A stretch of DNA of 61,797 nt, counting the filler, from Sanchytrium tribonematis (Eukaryota), in the NCBI GenBank assembly GCA_018985235.1. It is 7 parts of 7 records of this genome, joined end to end, with 100 filler letters (N's around TTAATTAATTAA, not from the genome) between each part and the next. Parts side by side here need not be neighbours in the genome. Positions count along the whole stretch, not along the records: positions 44,306 to 53,010 come from JADGIG010000364.1; positions 53,111 to 61,797 come from JADGIG010000365.1; 5 more parts are not named here. One strand, 5' to 3'. A program made the position numbers and the translations under genes. Below, one piece after another: positions 44,206 through 54,644 of this stretch (position 1 is the first letter of the stretch; each line of letters opens with the position of its first letter). The notes under the pieces are model-generated. The model worked only from the letters and a program-made list of their open reading frames with translations, searched no databases and was not told the origin of the DNA.

Positions 44206-44305
44206 NNNNNNNNNNNNNNNNNNNNNNNNNNNNNNNNNNNNNNNNNNNNTTAATTAATTAANNNNNNNNNNNNNNNNNNNNNNNNNNNNNNNNNNNNNNN
44301 NNNNN
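44206..44305. other. Artificial contig spacer
   Basis: N44-TTAATTAATTAA-N44. Confidence 0.99.
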
Positions 44306-44803
44306 GAATAAAACATGTGATTTATTTTTCGTTTCATTTTTAACGTGCATGTCTCAGATTGTTTTAAATATGTAGATGGCTCATTCTAGACACATACCAA
44401 TATGCCAAAATGGCACAATCCGCAATTCGTATTTTAACTCCAATGTCATTAATTTCGACTAATGATACCATACCCCCTTGTTGATAGCTAAAATAGATAT
44501 TTCCGATTAATTTAACAGTATCCAAAATTCTAGACTGGTAATTGACGCTACTCGAATTAAAAATACCTTTTTGATGTTGGTTATGAGCGCATATGGTAAA
44601 TAAATGATATATTTGACATTTTAAATCAAGTTTATCAATATTAAAGGAATCCAATGGAATAAATCCCATTTCAATTTCCCTTTTTGCGAATTCTACAATA
44701 TATCGATTTTCTATTAAAGTAATGGTATGTTTCTGGTACTGAATGGGTCACATCTCAAGAGGGATGATACATTTGATGACATATGCCAATTCGCACAGAT
44801 CAT

Positions 44804-45811
44804 TTATTGAAAATCAAATTTTAATCTATTAACCAATGCTTCCGCAGATCCATGAACGTCCACAGCTTTTGTTGCTTCAATCTCTTTAACTGCCTTATTT
44901 CTCAATTCTGCATTTCCAGTCATTTTCCAATCTCCTATTTGAAATGCATTATTTCTCCAATCTGCCAATGAAATCACATAATATTTCAACCCACTTACGA
45001 CTATATAAACGGCATTACGAGTTTTTAAATTATCTTCAAAATCAACCCCAATAAATGCATATATGCCCAATCTCTCATACTCATATTCCCAATCTGGATT
45101 TGAACAAAATTTTAACTCTATCGGATTTCCATGTCGATCTAATGTTTGTTGAAAATATCCTTGTTTAGATTGACCATGAATCTTCAAGTCTTTTGGAATA
45201 AATCTGCTCCCGCCTTTTACTTGCAATTGCAATGAAACTGGCTTATAAAAGATATGGCACACAATAGATTGAGAGCCATCCCTGCTATATAAGATGTCAT
45301 GTACACCCGTTAAAATCACTGGATCACCATTATTCAACGAAACCGATTCTTGAATATAATCTGGATTTTTTTTAGATTCAAAACTCCATTTTAATAAATT
45401 ATTCATTTCTCTAGTATATCGAAATGGAATCTCTCGGTAATAGGTGATTCCAATATCCTGCCAATCATTTAATAATTCATCTGTAATGGTGCGAGTGGAG
45501 CAAATGGGTACAACATACATCATTTCACAAAATAAATCAGAAATAATAAATGATTTGGATTTGAGTGGGATTATTGCTGGTTGATTATCATTTGAATGTA
45601 ACGAGGCAAATTCCCCATCATAAGTAATAGCAATTGATTGTATTACTAGATTTGAATTTACAGATGATATTTTGATAAAATGGCCATGAATGGAAATATG
45701 ATAGTTATTATAAGTAATAAAATTTAACTGATTCAAGACACGGTTCTTTATATTCTCTCCAGTACATTTAAATTGATATTGGATTAATGCAAATACAATT
45801 GTAAAAAGCAT
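44804..45811 (-). CDS. Hypothetical secreted protein (lineage-specific family)
   Basis: Short hydrophobic N-terminus MLFTIVFA; C-terminal region paralogous to 45881-46345. Confidence 0.6.
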   Translation of the reverse strand: MLFTIVFALIQYQFKCTGENIKNRVLNQLNFITYNNYHISIHGHFIKISSVNSNLVIQSIAITYDGEFASLHSNDNQPAIIPLKSKSFIISDLFCEMMYVVPICSTRTITDELLNDWQDIGITYYREIPFRYTREMNNLLKWSFESKKNPDYIQESVSLNNGDPVILTGVHDILYSRDGSQSIVCHIFYKPVSLQLQVKGGSRFIPKDLKIHGQSKQGYFQQTLDRHGNPIELKFCSNPDWEYEYERLGIYAFIGVDFEDNLKTRNAVYIVVSGLKYYVISLADWRNNAFQIGDWKMTGNAELRNKAVKEIEATKAVDVHGSAEALVNRLKFDFQ

Positions 45812-45880
45812 GCTTCAAAGGAGCATGTTGTGAAGGGGTCACACGTGAATGACGCACAGACATTGTACACAGATCACTAT

Positions 45881-46866
45881 TTATTGAAATTTAGCCATAA
45901 TCAATCTTAAGTATGCTTTTAAAGATTTAACTCCGTGCTTTGTTCTCTGTGTCGTCAATGAAATTATACTCTCCCAGTCTTCCTTTTCAGATCCGCTTAC
46001 AATCCAAGTTTCTAATCTGAAAGCAAGTGGTTCTATCCAATAATCCTCAGTCACTAAATAATATTCATTCACACCTGTAATCATATACACTGCATTTGTG
46101 ACAATTCCTTCATCTTCGATATATCCACCAATAAATGCATATATGGTGGATGCCTTATTTTGTGAGACAAGTGGGATTAAATTGCCACTTCCATCCAATT
46201 TGCTGGTGGTTTGTTTATTTCCAAATTCACCATGGATAATCCAATTTTGAGGAATTTTTCGCATACCACCTTTTAGAGTTGAGTCCTTGAGCGTATAAAA
46301 CATATTACACGCTACTACAGAACCCGGAAGTCTATGTATTACCAAAGATTGGTCTTTTTCAATTTCAAAATTACATTACTTGTATTTCCCTAGTGTGCAT
46401 TATCTATCATACGTATTGTCCATCTACCAAGCTTGTTTTTAGCCCATATGGCTTGTCTGCCTGTCGTTTCCTCAAAGTGACCGGTCAATGGTTTATATTC
46501 GGAGTACGTGTAGTCTCTGTCGTACTCTCCATTACCATCCACCCCTCGAACAGAACACATCGACAATACATTAGTGGCATCACCATTTAGTTTCACTGAA
46601 GGAATTTCTCATATTAAATCAAACAGCTCAAAATATTTATATGAAATGGCCATCGAATTGCGAGGTTCAATGCGAAATAATTTATGACCCATAATATCAG
46701 TCACATTCACAGTCTTATACAAACCTCTGTTTGTGATTACGATCTGATCGATCTGATCGTTGGGGTAATTTGCATCACCAATTTTAACCAACTTCAAATT
46801 ATAGTCACCTACTTCTATTGCATCTGTGGATAATACATTATCATTATGATTGCATATTAAGCGCAT
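45881..46866 (-). pseudogene. Disrupted tandem paralog of 44804-45811
   Basis: IYAFIG...NAVY..GV..YY shared; in-frame TGA at 46609, TAG at 46390 and a frameshift; duplicated upstream sequence. Confidence 0.6.
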
Positions 46867-47186
46867 TTCTCAAGGGGTGCCTCTGTCGTCTCTATTTGTA
46901 TTGAATAAGGGGTTACACGTGAATAACGCACAGATCATTGTACACAGATCACCATTGCGTGATTTATTTGTCGTGATGGATTGCCTTTGTACGTTGTTGT
47001 ATGAATCACCATCATTTATATTGATTGGAAATATGCACCAATTCCAGCATAAACATGAATGACAATGATGCAGAAATCATTTGACGAGATAAATGACAAT
47101 TTACAAATTGATGATTTGTAATGCTAATACGTAATACACATAAACACATTCATGGCTAAATAAGACATATCCATTTTTTTACAGGG

Positions 47187-47732
47187 ATGAAACTCATTTT
47201 GTTGCTGGCTACATTTGTATTTTCGCAACAACCTCCACTGCCACAGGATAATGGAGTGGATGTACCAGATGGAGAACCATCAGATGTGAATGTACAAACA
47301 CCATCAGATAATCCCACGCCACCTACAGATACGCCATCAAATAGTCCACCGACTCCAAATGGTCCACCCAATAGATTACCACCTAAAAGACCTAATGGTA
47401 TGGGACCACCACGTAGACCCACTCAAAATACAATTGTATCTACAGGAAATGGAGATCAAGTATCAGTTCGTACACCTGAAAACAATCCAAATGTAACACC
47501 AGAACAACGGAGAAATAGAATGGCATTGGCAAATGGACATGGTCCACCTGGTGATGCTCCAAAAACCAATATATTAGAGAATGGGGTGGTACATGTGAAT
47601 CGATCTAGAAATGGGACTAATAGCACCAGTGTCAATAACACGCTATCCAATTCAAATTCAACCAAGAAAATAGCATCTAGTGCATCTACTTTGCCATTTT
47701 TGAGTCTATTGGTGATATTTGTGCTACAATAA
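47187..47732 (+). CDS. Pro/Asn-rich secreted, probably GPI-anchored protein
   Basis: Signal MKLILLLATFVFS; C-terminal SSAS plus hydrophobic tail. Confidence 0.8.
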   Translation: MKLILLLATFVFSQQPPLPQDNGVDVPDGEPSDVNVQTPSDNPTPPTDTPSNSPPTPNGPPNRLPPKRPNGMGPPRRPTQNTIVSTGNGDQVSVRTPENNPNVTPEQRRNRMALANGHGPPGDAPKTNILENGVVHVNRSRNGTNSTSVNNTLSNSNSTKKIASSASTLPFLSLLVIFVLQ

Positions 47733-47771
47733 ATCATTCAAAAATTTCCAAATTTATCACAAATTAAAAAT

Positions 47772-48551
47772 GTGACTGTGCATGATATGAGAAATGAATT
47801 TATTGATAAATTACATCCATTGACTGCCATGACCAACTTATTTATAGTGAATATCCAAGCAACTTCTATTTCATCCCAATTTCCACTCAAAATCCCAAAA
47901 ATCAAAAAATTAGTACTGGGACACATGTTGAATCTCAATCAAATCAAAATCAGTACAAGTCTACCCAGTATCACATCAGTGACTATTGGGGATACAAATC
48001 AAATAGGTGTTCATCAAATTGCCAAATTAGTCCCAAATTGCACTGAAATGGAATTTATTGCAGAGAATGTGAATGATGTTAGCGCATTTACACATGTCAC
48101 AACCATGAAAACACCCAGATCTGTCCTCAAATTACCTTTTAATCTCATTAAATTGGAATTATTTGATTCTTATGATTCTCACTATATTTCAAAAATGGCC
48201 AAATCCAATTTATTTCCCAAATTGGTACAAATTGATTGTCATTATGAATTGGCATCTGGTAATACAGTCCAATTTGTAAAACAAATCTCTGATATATTCA
48301 AATTTAAATTACAATCTCAAATCATCCTCAATTGGAATTTACATTTTTGTATTTCTAATCAAAAAATCAAGGTTCAATTACCTGATTATCCATATTATGA
48401 GAGAATCAATCCGCATTTACACCATTATTACAAATCAAATACTAAAAATCAATTTCATGAAATTATGAATATTGATTTTAATGATGAGAATTGGATGGCT
48501 ATGTATTACATGAGTCATTTAGATGATATGGGATTGGAGGATGTCTTTTAA
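47772..48551 (+). CDS. LRR-like protein, possibly 5' truncated
   Basis: LPSITSVTI, VPNCTEMEF, LPFNLIKLEL, FPKLVQI repeats. Confidence 0.5.
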   Translation: MTVHDMRNEFIDKLHPLTAMTNLFIVNIQATSISSQFPLKIPKIKKLVLGHMLNLNQIKISTSLPSITSVTIGDTNQIGVHQIAKLVPNCTEMEFIAENVNDVSAFTHVTTMKTPRSVLKLPFNLIKLELFDSYDSHYISKMAKSNLFPKLVQIDCHYELASGNTVQFVKQISDIFKFKLQSQIILNWNLHFCISNQKIKVQLPDYPYYERINPHLHHYYKSNTKNQFHEIMNIDFNDENWMAMYYMSHLDDMGLEDVF

Positions 48552-48722
48552 TGAATAAATTTATGATTTGCTTTTAAAATCACGCATTCCATTTCATATT
48601 TGTCATTTCCACAATGATTGATTAACAGTTTGTAGTTATTTGAAGGGGATTCCATAGAATTCTAGAGAGTTTTACTTGGAATTGCAATCCAAAAATAGTC
48701 AACCCCAAGTATACCCCGTGAA

Positions 48723-49220
48723 ATGTTGTTGACTTTGTTCACATTTGCAATGAATTTCGAATCACCTGATCAATTGTTGGATGCTCTAAGTGATAACGAA
48801 ATGTCTGCCGTATGTGAGCAATTTATGGCAGATAATCAAGATTTACATGAGAATAATCCAATTTTAACAGGCCAGACAAATTTCCTTACGAGAAAGAAGG
48901 TTTTTGGAGTCTTTCGAGAGACTGTTGCTATAAAATCTATAATTTGGAAGCAACAGTTTGATGTAGTGTGTCGTTACATCTCAAATCGCGAGCTTAAGGT
49001 TGCATCTTATGACGCAATCATGTATGTCTCATTGTACTTTCAAAATGCTCTTAAAGATACGCTTGATCACTCAAAAAATTATGCACAAGTTTCGCAAGTA
49101 AAACATTTGACTGAAATTGTGTTTGAAATCTTAAAAATTGCATCTGATTATGAACCTGAACAAGACCAGTATAAGCTTCAATATAGACTGAATTATTTTC
49201 AGAATTTTGTTAGTGTATAA
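48723..49220 (+). CDS. Secreted protein with one copy of an unrecognised ~140-aa domain
   Basis: Similar to both halves of 50030-50899. Confidence 0.7.
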   Translation: MLLTLFTFAMNFESPDQLLDALSDNEMSAVCEQFMADNQDLHENNPILTGQTNFLTRKKVFGVFRETVAIKSIIWKQQFDVVCRYISNRELKVASYDAIMYVSLYFQNALKDTLDHSKNYAQVSQVKHLTEIVFEILKIASDYEPEQDQYKLQYRLNYFQNFVSV

Positions 49221-49426
49221 AAAATTGTCGGCAAAAGCAAGAGACACCAATATGTACGAAAATCCGGCTATTGAATTTATTTTAAGTCTGAGGCAGCTGT
49301 TTAACAATGTGGTACTTATAAATAAAGATACTATTCCATTTAATTGTTTATCGAATGCAAACATTTAGCGGCAATTTGATTGGTAAAAAAGTCATTAAAA
49401 GAATTGCAACATCTTTCTCCGTCAAA

Positions 49427-49939
49427 ATGACAAATATCCACTATGTCTTCCAAGGTGCCCCGCAAGATACATCATACACCATCGATTATGGCTGTTGTTC
49501 ACCAGAACGAATCTACAATTGCAACGAATTTCCCAAATTATCATTTACATACAATTCATTCAAACATGCAGTCATTTTAGACGATGGCAGATCCATTTTA
49601 CGCGCATATCACCCATTTGGATTCTCACAATTTAAAATGGTGATTAAAAATGCCATGACAGATGAAGAATATTGTAAAGTATATCCCAAATTTCAAATAT
49701 TTAAACGCACGTATTTAGCCACTTTTGAAAATCACTTTTATACAATTCAGCCCATGTGGGGCCATACTATGATTTATTATGGAGATCCAAAAGAAGATGG
49801 ATTTGAAGTGGCTGATTTAGAAACGAGTTGGTTTGGAATTGGTAAATTATTGAAAATTAAACAAAATGTGGATCCTGTGATGATGATTACTATTTGTTTA
49901 TGTGTGCAGGATTTAGAGCGACGAAAAAAAAGAAAATAA
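49427..49939 (+). CDS. LURP-one/Tubby C-like (scramblase fold) protein
   Basis: Beta-rich core ending LKIKQNVDPVMMITICLCV; start uncertain (ORF extends to 49355). Confidence 0.55.
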   Translation: MTNIHYVFQGAPQDTSYTIDYGCCSPERIYNCNEFPKLSFTYNSFKHAVILDDGRSILRAYHPFGFSQFKMVIKNAMTDEEYCKVYPKFQIFKRTYLATFENHFYTIQPMWGHTMIYYGDPKEDGFEVADLETSWFGIGKLLKIKQNVDPVMMITICLCVQDLERRKKRK

Positions 49940-50029
49940 ATGATTTTTTGAACCCAAAGGATGTACAACACGGAGGTTTTAGAATGAGTCACAAATTAAT
50001 TAAAAGATTTCACAGATGATCTCCTTGAA

Positions 50030-50899
50030 ATGTTATTGAATGTCATTCTGTTTGCAGCTTCACGTGCTCCAAACTTTCAGTCTCCGCAAGGTGTACTAGA
50101 TGCTCTAGATCATGGATATACAATTGATCGTCTTTGCAACAAATTCAAAAAAAGGAATCATGGATTAACCAATTTGTTTGTAGAAGATGTCGATTTCGCA
50201 TCTAGATCCAAACAGCCTAAATTTGAGACAGTTTTTGATGTTGAACAGAATGGAGTCAGTATTAAACCTGGTATTTGGCTGGTTCAATTTGATACAATTT
50301 GCAAATATGTGATTGCTAAGAATCCAAAAATGTTAGTTGGTGACTTACATCCACTTTTCTATGTTCAAAAGTACTTTGAACACGCAAGTGAGACTAAAAA
50401 AAGCAAGACTGAAGATAGCAAAGTGCTCCTTGAGCAAGTTTATCGTGTTTTAGACCATGTAGCATTCTTAGCTCTTTCTCCACAACAAGTACTAGCTGAC
50501 TTTAAAGGCAATCCACCAAGTAAAGCATCTGTAGAATATGTGTGTGGTCATTTTCGTTTGACAGAAAATCCATTTTTAAATGATAAATATGCATTTGACC
50601 ACAAGATGCCATCATTTAATGCAGTTTTTGATGAAAAAACAAAGCCCATCTCTATTAATCCCAAAGTTTGGTATTATCAAATGAATATTGTGTGCGAATA
50701 TATGGAAAGATTGGATTATCAGATGAAAATTTCAGGTGCAAATGTGCATTATTACGTTTATAATTACTTTCAAAATGCTGCAGATAGTAGACCAGAGTTA
50801 AAATCAGAACTAAGACCATTGCTAGTGGAAGTGATTACAATTGTAGGTACAGCTCAAAGATATGTGAACGACAATGGTAAAACGAGGTTTCTTATCTGA
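50030..50899 (+). CDS. Secreted protein with two tandem copies of the same ~140-aa domain
   Basis: SPQ.VL...C..F...N...F..VFD....SI.P..W..Q....C.Y...YV..YF..A occurs twice. Confidence 0.75.
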   Translation: MLLNVILFAASRAPNFQSPQGVLDALDHGYTIDRLCNKFKKRNHGLTNLFVEDVDFASRSKQPKFETVFDVEQNGVSIKPGIWLVQFDTICKYVIAKNPKMLVGDLHPLFYVQKYFEHASETKKSKTEDSKVLLEQVYRVLDHVAFLALSPQQVLADFKGNPPSKASVEYVCGHFRLTENPFLNDKYAFDHKMPSFNAVFDEKTKPISINPKVWYYQMNIVCEYMERLDYQMKISGANVHYYVYNYFQNAADSRPELKSELRPLLVEVITIVGTAQRYVNDNGKTRFLI

Positions 50900-50963
50900 C
50901 GCTAATAAATTTATAATAATTCTGTTAAATTAGTTGAATTGCTGGATATAACGAGTTTATTGA

Positions 50964-51308
50964 ATGCACTTAAAATTTTCAGAATCCAATGATTTCCAAT
51001 TCCAAGGCATTTCACTCGTCATTTTACTCACTATTGGATTCTTTTGTGGTCAAGTATTCGGATTTATTGGTATTTCAAATGTCCCTGCTACGGTGACCAC
51101 ATTAATTAAAAATATGGATACATTTTTTGGTGTTATATTTGGAATTGTCATTTTAAAGAATCTTTGCAATGGAATACAATTGCGGGATGTATTTTAGTAT
51201 TTATTGTGACTATTTTATTAGTCATTGAGAATATTTATCAGACTAGAGTAGAAAATGAACGAGAAAGAGAAAATAGCAACAAAACAGTCTTGAACGAAAC
51301 ATTTTGAA
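50964..51308 (+). pseudogene. EamA/DMT transporter C-terminal fragment with a frameshift
   Basis: PATVTTLIKNMDTFFGVIFGIVILK, then ESLQWNTIAGCILV in a shifted frame. Confidence 0.55.
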
Positions 51309-51394
51309 TAAAATAGATACAGATTGAGCACTTAATATAAATTATAAAGTATAGACGTTTAAGTGACCGCGATTCAATTTGAAGCTTAATTTAT

Positions 51395-52129
51395 TTAAAA
51401 TGGCCTACAAGGTAAAAAATCAAAGTACGTTGTTGGAGGATCAACCGATCGCAGTCTTAACTCGTCAGAAAGCATTTCTCTAACTCTTGGAACCTTAAAA
51501 TGTGATTCAAATAAATCGTAAAATCTCTCTTTCACATACCAGAATCTTTTATCCACCATATTTTCTGGATCATATTTTGATGCCAAGCAATTCACTGTTT
51601 CTGTTTGCATTTCTCTAGTAGTAGGTCTATTTACAAAGAATGCTATTGCAAAATCAGTTAGCAATTTCGCTATTTTATCCCTGTGCTCAGTCTGTACCAC
51701 ATGATGAAATAAATCTCGCATCACCACAAAATACAGTCCATTTTGTGCAAGATCATTCAAAAAATTGTCATGGAAAATTGCCAAAACAATGTCACCTAAC
51801 ATCTTAATCTTGTCTACGTCCAAATCGCTATTTGCAACAATAAATTTCCCTAAATAATGCAATGAATTTGGTGCCCATGCAGGTTCAAGTGAAAAGATTT
51901 TTTTTTGATCGAATTGAGCTGACACATCACTTTGAGCAATCTTCTTGAAGATCTTCATGTAAATTCCCTCAATAGTCGCTGAGTTGCGAACTTCAGCGCA
52001 TCCTTTTGTCATCTTTATCAATTCAATATTCCGTAGGTTTTCCATCAGGTCCGTTCTTTTATAAAGAAGATTTGCCTTTTTGTGAATGGTTTGGTAGATC
52101 CCAAATACACACAACAATGTAAACAACAT
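51395..52129 (-). CDS. Hypothetical secreted protein
   Basis: MLFTLLCVFG N-terminus; CCCC directly before the ATG. Confidence 0.6.
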   Translation of the reverse strand: MLFTLLCVFGIYQTIHKKANLLYKRTDLMENLRNIELIKMTKGCAEVRNSATIEGIYMKIFKKIAQSDVSAQFDQKKIFSLEPAWAPNSLHYLGKFIVANSDLDVDKIKMLGDIVLAIFHDNFLNDLAQNGLYFVVMRDLFHHVVQTEHRDKIAKLLTDFAIAFFVNRPTTREMQTETVNCLASKYDPENMVDKRFWYVKERFYDLFESHFKVPRVREMLSDELRLRSVDPPTTYFDFLPCRPF

Positions 52130-52370
52130 GGGGAGTGGGTTCCTGTTCGCTTTTTAATCAATTTGCAGTATCACGTGGTAGCACTATTTCAATCACGTGG
52201 GGGTATTTTACTACCCCTGGGTTAAACTGTCAAAATAGTCGAATGGACGCCCCAAACGCATCAAAATCAACTATTTTACTAAAGTCTCTTTTTCAACCAC
52301 TGGACCATCTCCAATTCACCCTTTCATGAATAAAGATACATCCAATTTTTATTTATTAATTTGATTTTAG

Positions 52371-53010
52371 TTAAAATTCTTCATTATTGATAATCCATTC
52401 ATGCGTAAGTGCTTCCTCTGCAGTCAATCTTAGATCAGGATCAGTGCAAGTTAATTTTTTTATAAAATCAATCATTTGTGGTTCAAATTCACTTAAATAC
52501 GCTTCAAATAATGCTGTATCACTTGGAAATACTTTTAAACCCTTTCTATAACCATCTTTGTCATCATAAAATTTAACATCGGTAAATATCTCCAATACTG
52601 CCACGCCCAACATTGCACCTAATTGAAACATGTCTGCTTTTTTAGGATCATAATAATTACCAGTTGGTATTCCATTTTCATTTATCATTTGTGGTGGCAT
52701 ATAAACATCTGTACCCATTGGAACATTTATAAAATCTGCTTCACTATTTGATTCCCGCATGTGCTCTAAATCAGCTAATACATAATGACCCTCTTTTTCC
52801 AATATGTTTTCTGGTTTAATATCCAAATGGGCATATCCCTTAGAATGAATAAAATTTAAACCTTTTAAAATTTGACGCATTACATTTTTCATTTTATCGA
52901 TAAATTCTGACTTGTGACGATTGGCTTCAGATTTCATTTTTCTAAGGTCGATTAAATAATTGGACAAATCAGTGTCATAAAAGGGCATTATGATTTGAAA
53001 ACAATCTAAA
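52371..53010 (-). CDS. Ser/Thr protein kinase, C-terminal part
   Basis: AHLDIKPENIL, LADLE (DFG variant), GTDVYMPPQ, KADMFQLG, RLTAEEALTHEW. Confidence 0.9.
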
Positions 53011-53110
53011 NNNNNNNNNNNNNNNNNNNNNNNNNNNNNNNNNNNNNNNNNNNNTTAATTAATTAANNNNNNNNNNNNNNNNNNNNNNNNNNNNNNNNNN
53101 NNNNNNNNNN
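53011..53110. other. Artificial contig spacer
   Basis: N44-TTAATTAATTAA-N44. Confidence 0.99.
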
Positions 53111-53752
53111 AAAATTAAATTCCCAAAATATTAGAATTTTAAAAAGAAACGTGTTGGATTTTATGACCAACATGTATTTATTCTAAACAATATGCCTGGT
53201 GTTGTCTTGTAGTGTTCTGCAAATGCAACCCCATTAATAAATCTAATCTAATCTAATCTAATCTATCAGTAATTCCGTACACAGCAATGTAGCTGGATTG
53301 TGGTGCCTCATCCAATACTTGCTGCAAGTTGACCATTGTCATTCTAGATTCGTCTTTATAAATCCCCACAAATGGATACTTTTCCCAAATGGATTTTTTA
53401 GATGTTAGCCAATCAGTGGGAGCTCCCGACAGACGATACAAATATTCTTTGGTACTTACGACTAAGCTCACAGTCATTACAGTGGACATCCAGATCATCT
53501 GCTTTTCAATGGGAAGTCTACAGCTAAATACTTCAGCATGTTGCACAAACAACTCCATCCAATTTCACAATCCAATCAAATCTGTAAAATCCAGTCACAT
53601 GTGTCTCCTGTGTATTGATCTTTGATCACAGTGATCAATAGGTCATGTAGTAGTCATGCTTTTGTAAACATGTTTGAAATTACCCATTTTTAAATGTACG
53701 CGCTTCTTCTCTCTATTTTGATTTCTGTTTCCATAGACTGTCCCGTAGTAGT

Positions 53753-53793
53753 CAAACTTGACACTTGTAATTTGATTGGCTTCATCAATATTG
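53753..53793. repeat. 41-bp direct repeat, second copy at 60125-60165
   Basis: CAAACTTGACACTTGTAATTTGATTGGCTTCATCAATATTG identical at both sites. Confidence 0.9.
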
Positions 53794-53867
53794 ACACGAG
53801 ATTTTTAACAAGAAATATTTTGTAACAAATAACCTAATTTCTAAAACACGTGTTTTAGAAACTATTA

Positions 53868-54218
53868 ATGGTTTTGTTTATTTTTTTAATGAGTGATTCT
53901 GCATCATTATTGAAAAAATACCATACCTCATTTAAAAAGGTTGATGAATTTCTTGGTCAAATTGCATATATCATGGATCCACAGGAAATTGATAAAAATA
54001 ATGCTCAAATTGTAGTATTTACAAGTTTTAAACACAAAGAACGATGGAGAGGAAATCATCTGAATAAAAAAATAAGGTTAGAGCAAATTTCATCCGTACA
54101 GTCTGATATGGAAGAAGATTCAGAGGACGGGTCTCTTATTTTAGATGAATTACGAGAGCATCATATTGATTTAACTTTTGCAAAACTCAAGGAAATAATT
54201 GAAGAATATTTTATTTAA
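53868..54218 (+). CDS. Hypothetical protein
   Basis: 116-aa ORF convergent with 54223-54573 (4-bp gap). Confidence 0.4.
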   Translation: MVLFIFLMSDSASLLKKYHTSFKKVDEFLGQIAYIMDPQEIDKNNAQIVVFTSFKHKERWRGNHLNKKIRLEQISSVQSDMEEDSEDGSLILDELREHHIDLTFAKLKEIIEEYFI

Positions 54219-54222
54219 TAAA

Positions 54223-54573
54223 TTATTTGTCCTTTTTTTCTCTAAATCTGAATACTGTATGATAACTCCAATAAAAATCATCAAATTCTCCATTATAATG
54301 ATTATGCTGTAATTGTTTCATCAATTTTTGAGTTAAATCCTTTTTGTATTGATCGAATTTTAAATTCAATTGTTCTTGATAATATAGTTTGTGGTCATCA
54401 AACTTTCCATGTTTTGTATACACCAAACTGGGGACATAAATTGCAAAAAAGTAAGAACGAATATTCAAATACAAATCCCAGGCATATTCAGTTGTATTAA
54501 ATATACAATTAATAATTTCGTCTTTAAATTTTAAATATATATGTGTCCAAGTAATTTTTTGGTTATTTGACAT
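54223..54573 (-). CDS. Hypothetical protein
   Basis: 116-aa ORF with AATAAA-like sequence at the stop. Confidence 0.4.
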   Translation of the reverse strand: MSNNQKITWTHIYLKFKDEIINCIFNTTEYAWDLYLNIRSYFFAIYVPSLVYTKHGKFDDHKLYYQEQLNLKFDQYKKDLTQKLMKQLQHNHYNGEFDDFYWSYHTVFRFREKKDK

Positions 54574-54644
54574 ACTTATTGTATTATATAAAATTTCTTT
54601 AAGTTCTATTAAATTAAGTGGTTATAGAATTTTTAAAATTTATT

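Noticed and set aside
8021..46611. In-frame TAA/TAG/TGA codons as evidence of stop-codon reassignment
   Set aside because: Conserved genes are fully open in the standard code and use all three stops; in-frame stops occur only in genes that also have frameshifts
8797..53110. Regularly spaced TTAATTAATTAA within N runs
   Set aside because: Artificial six-frame-stop linkers between size-sorted contigs, not biology
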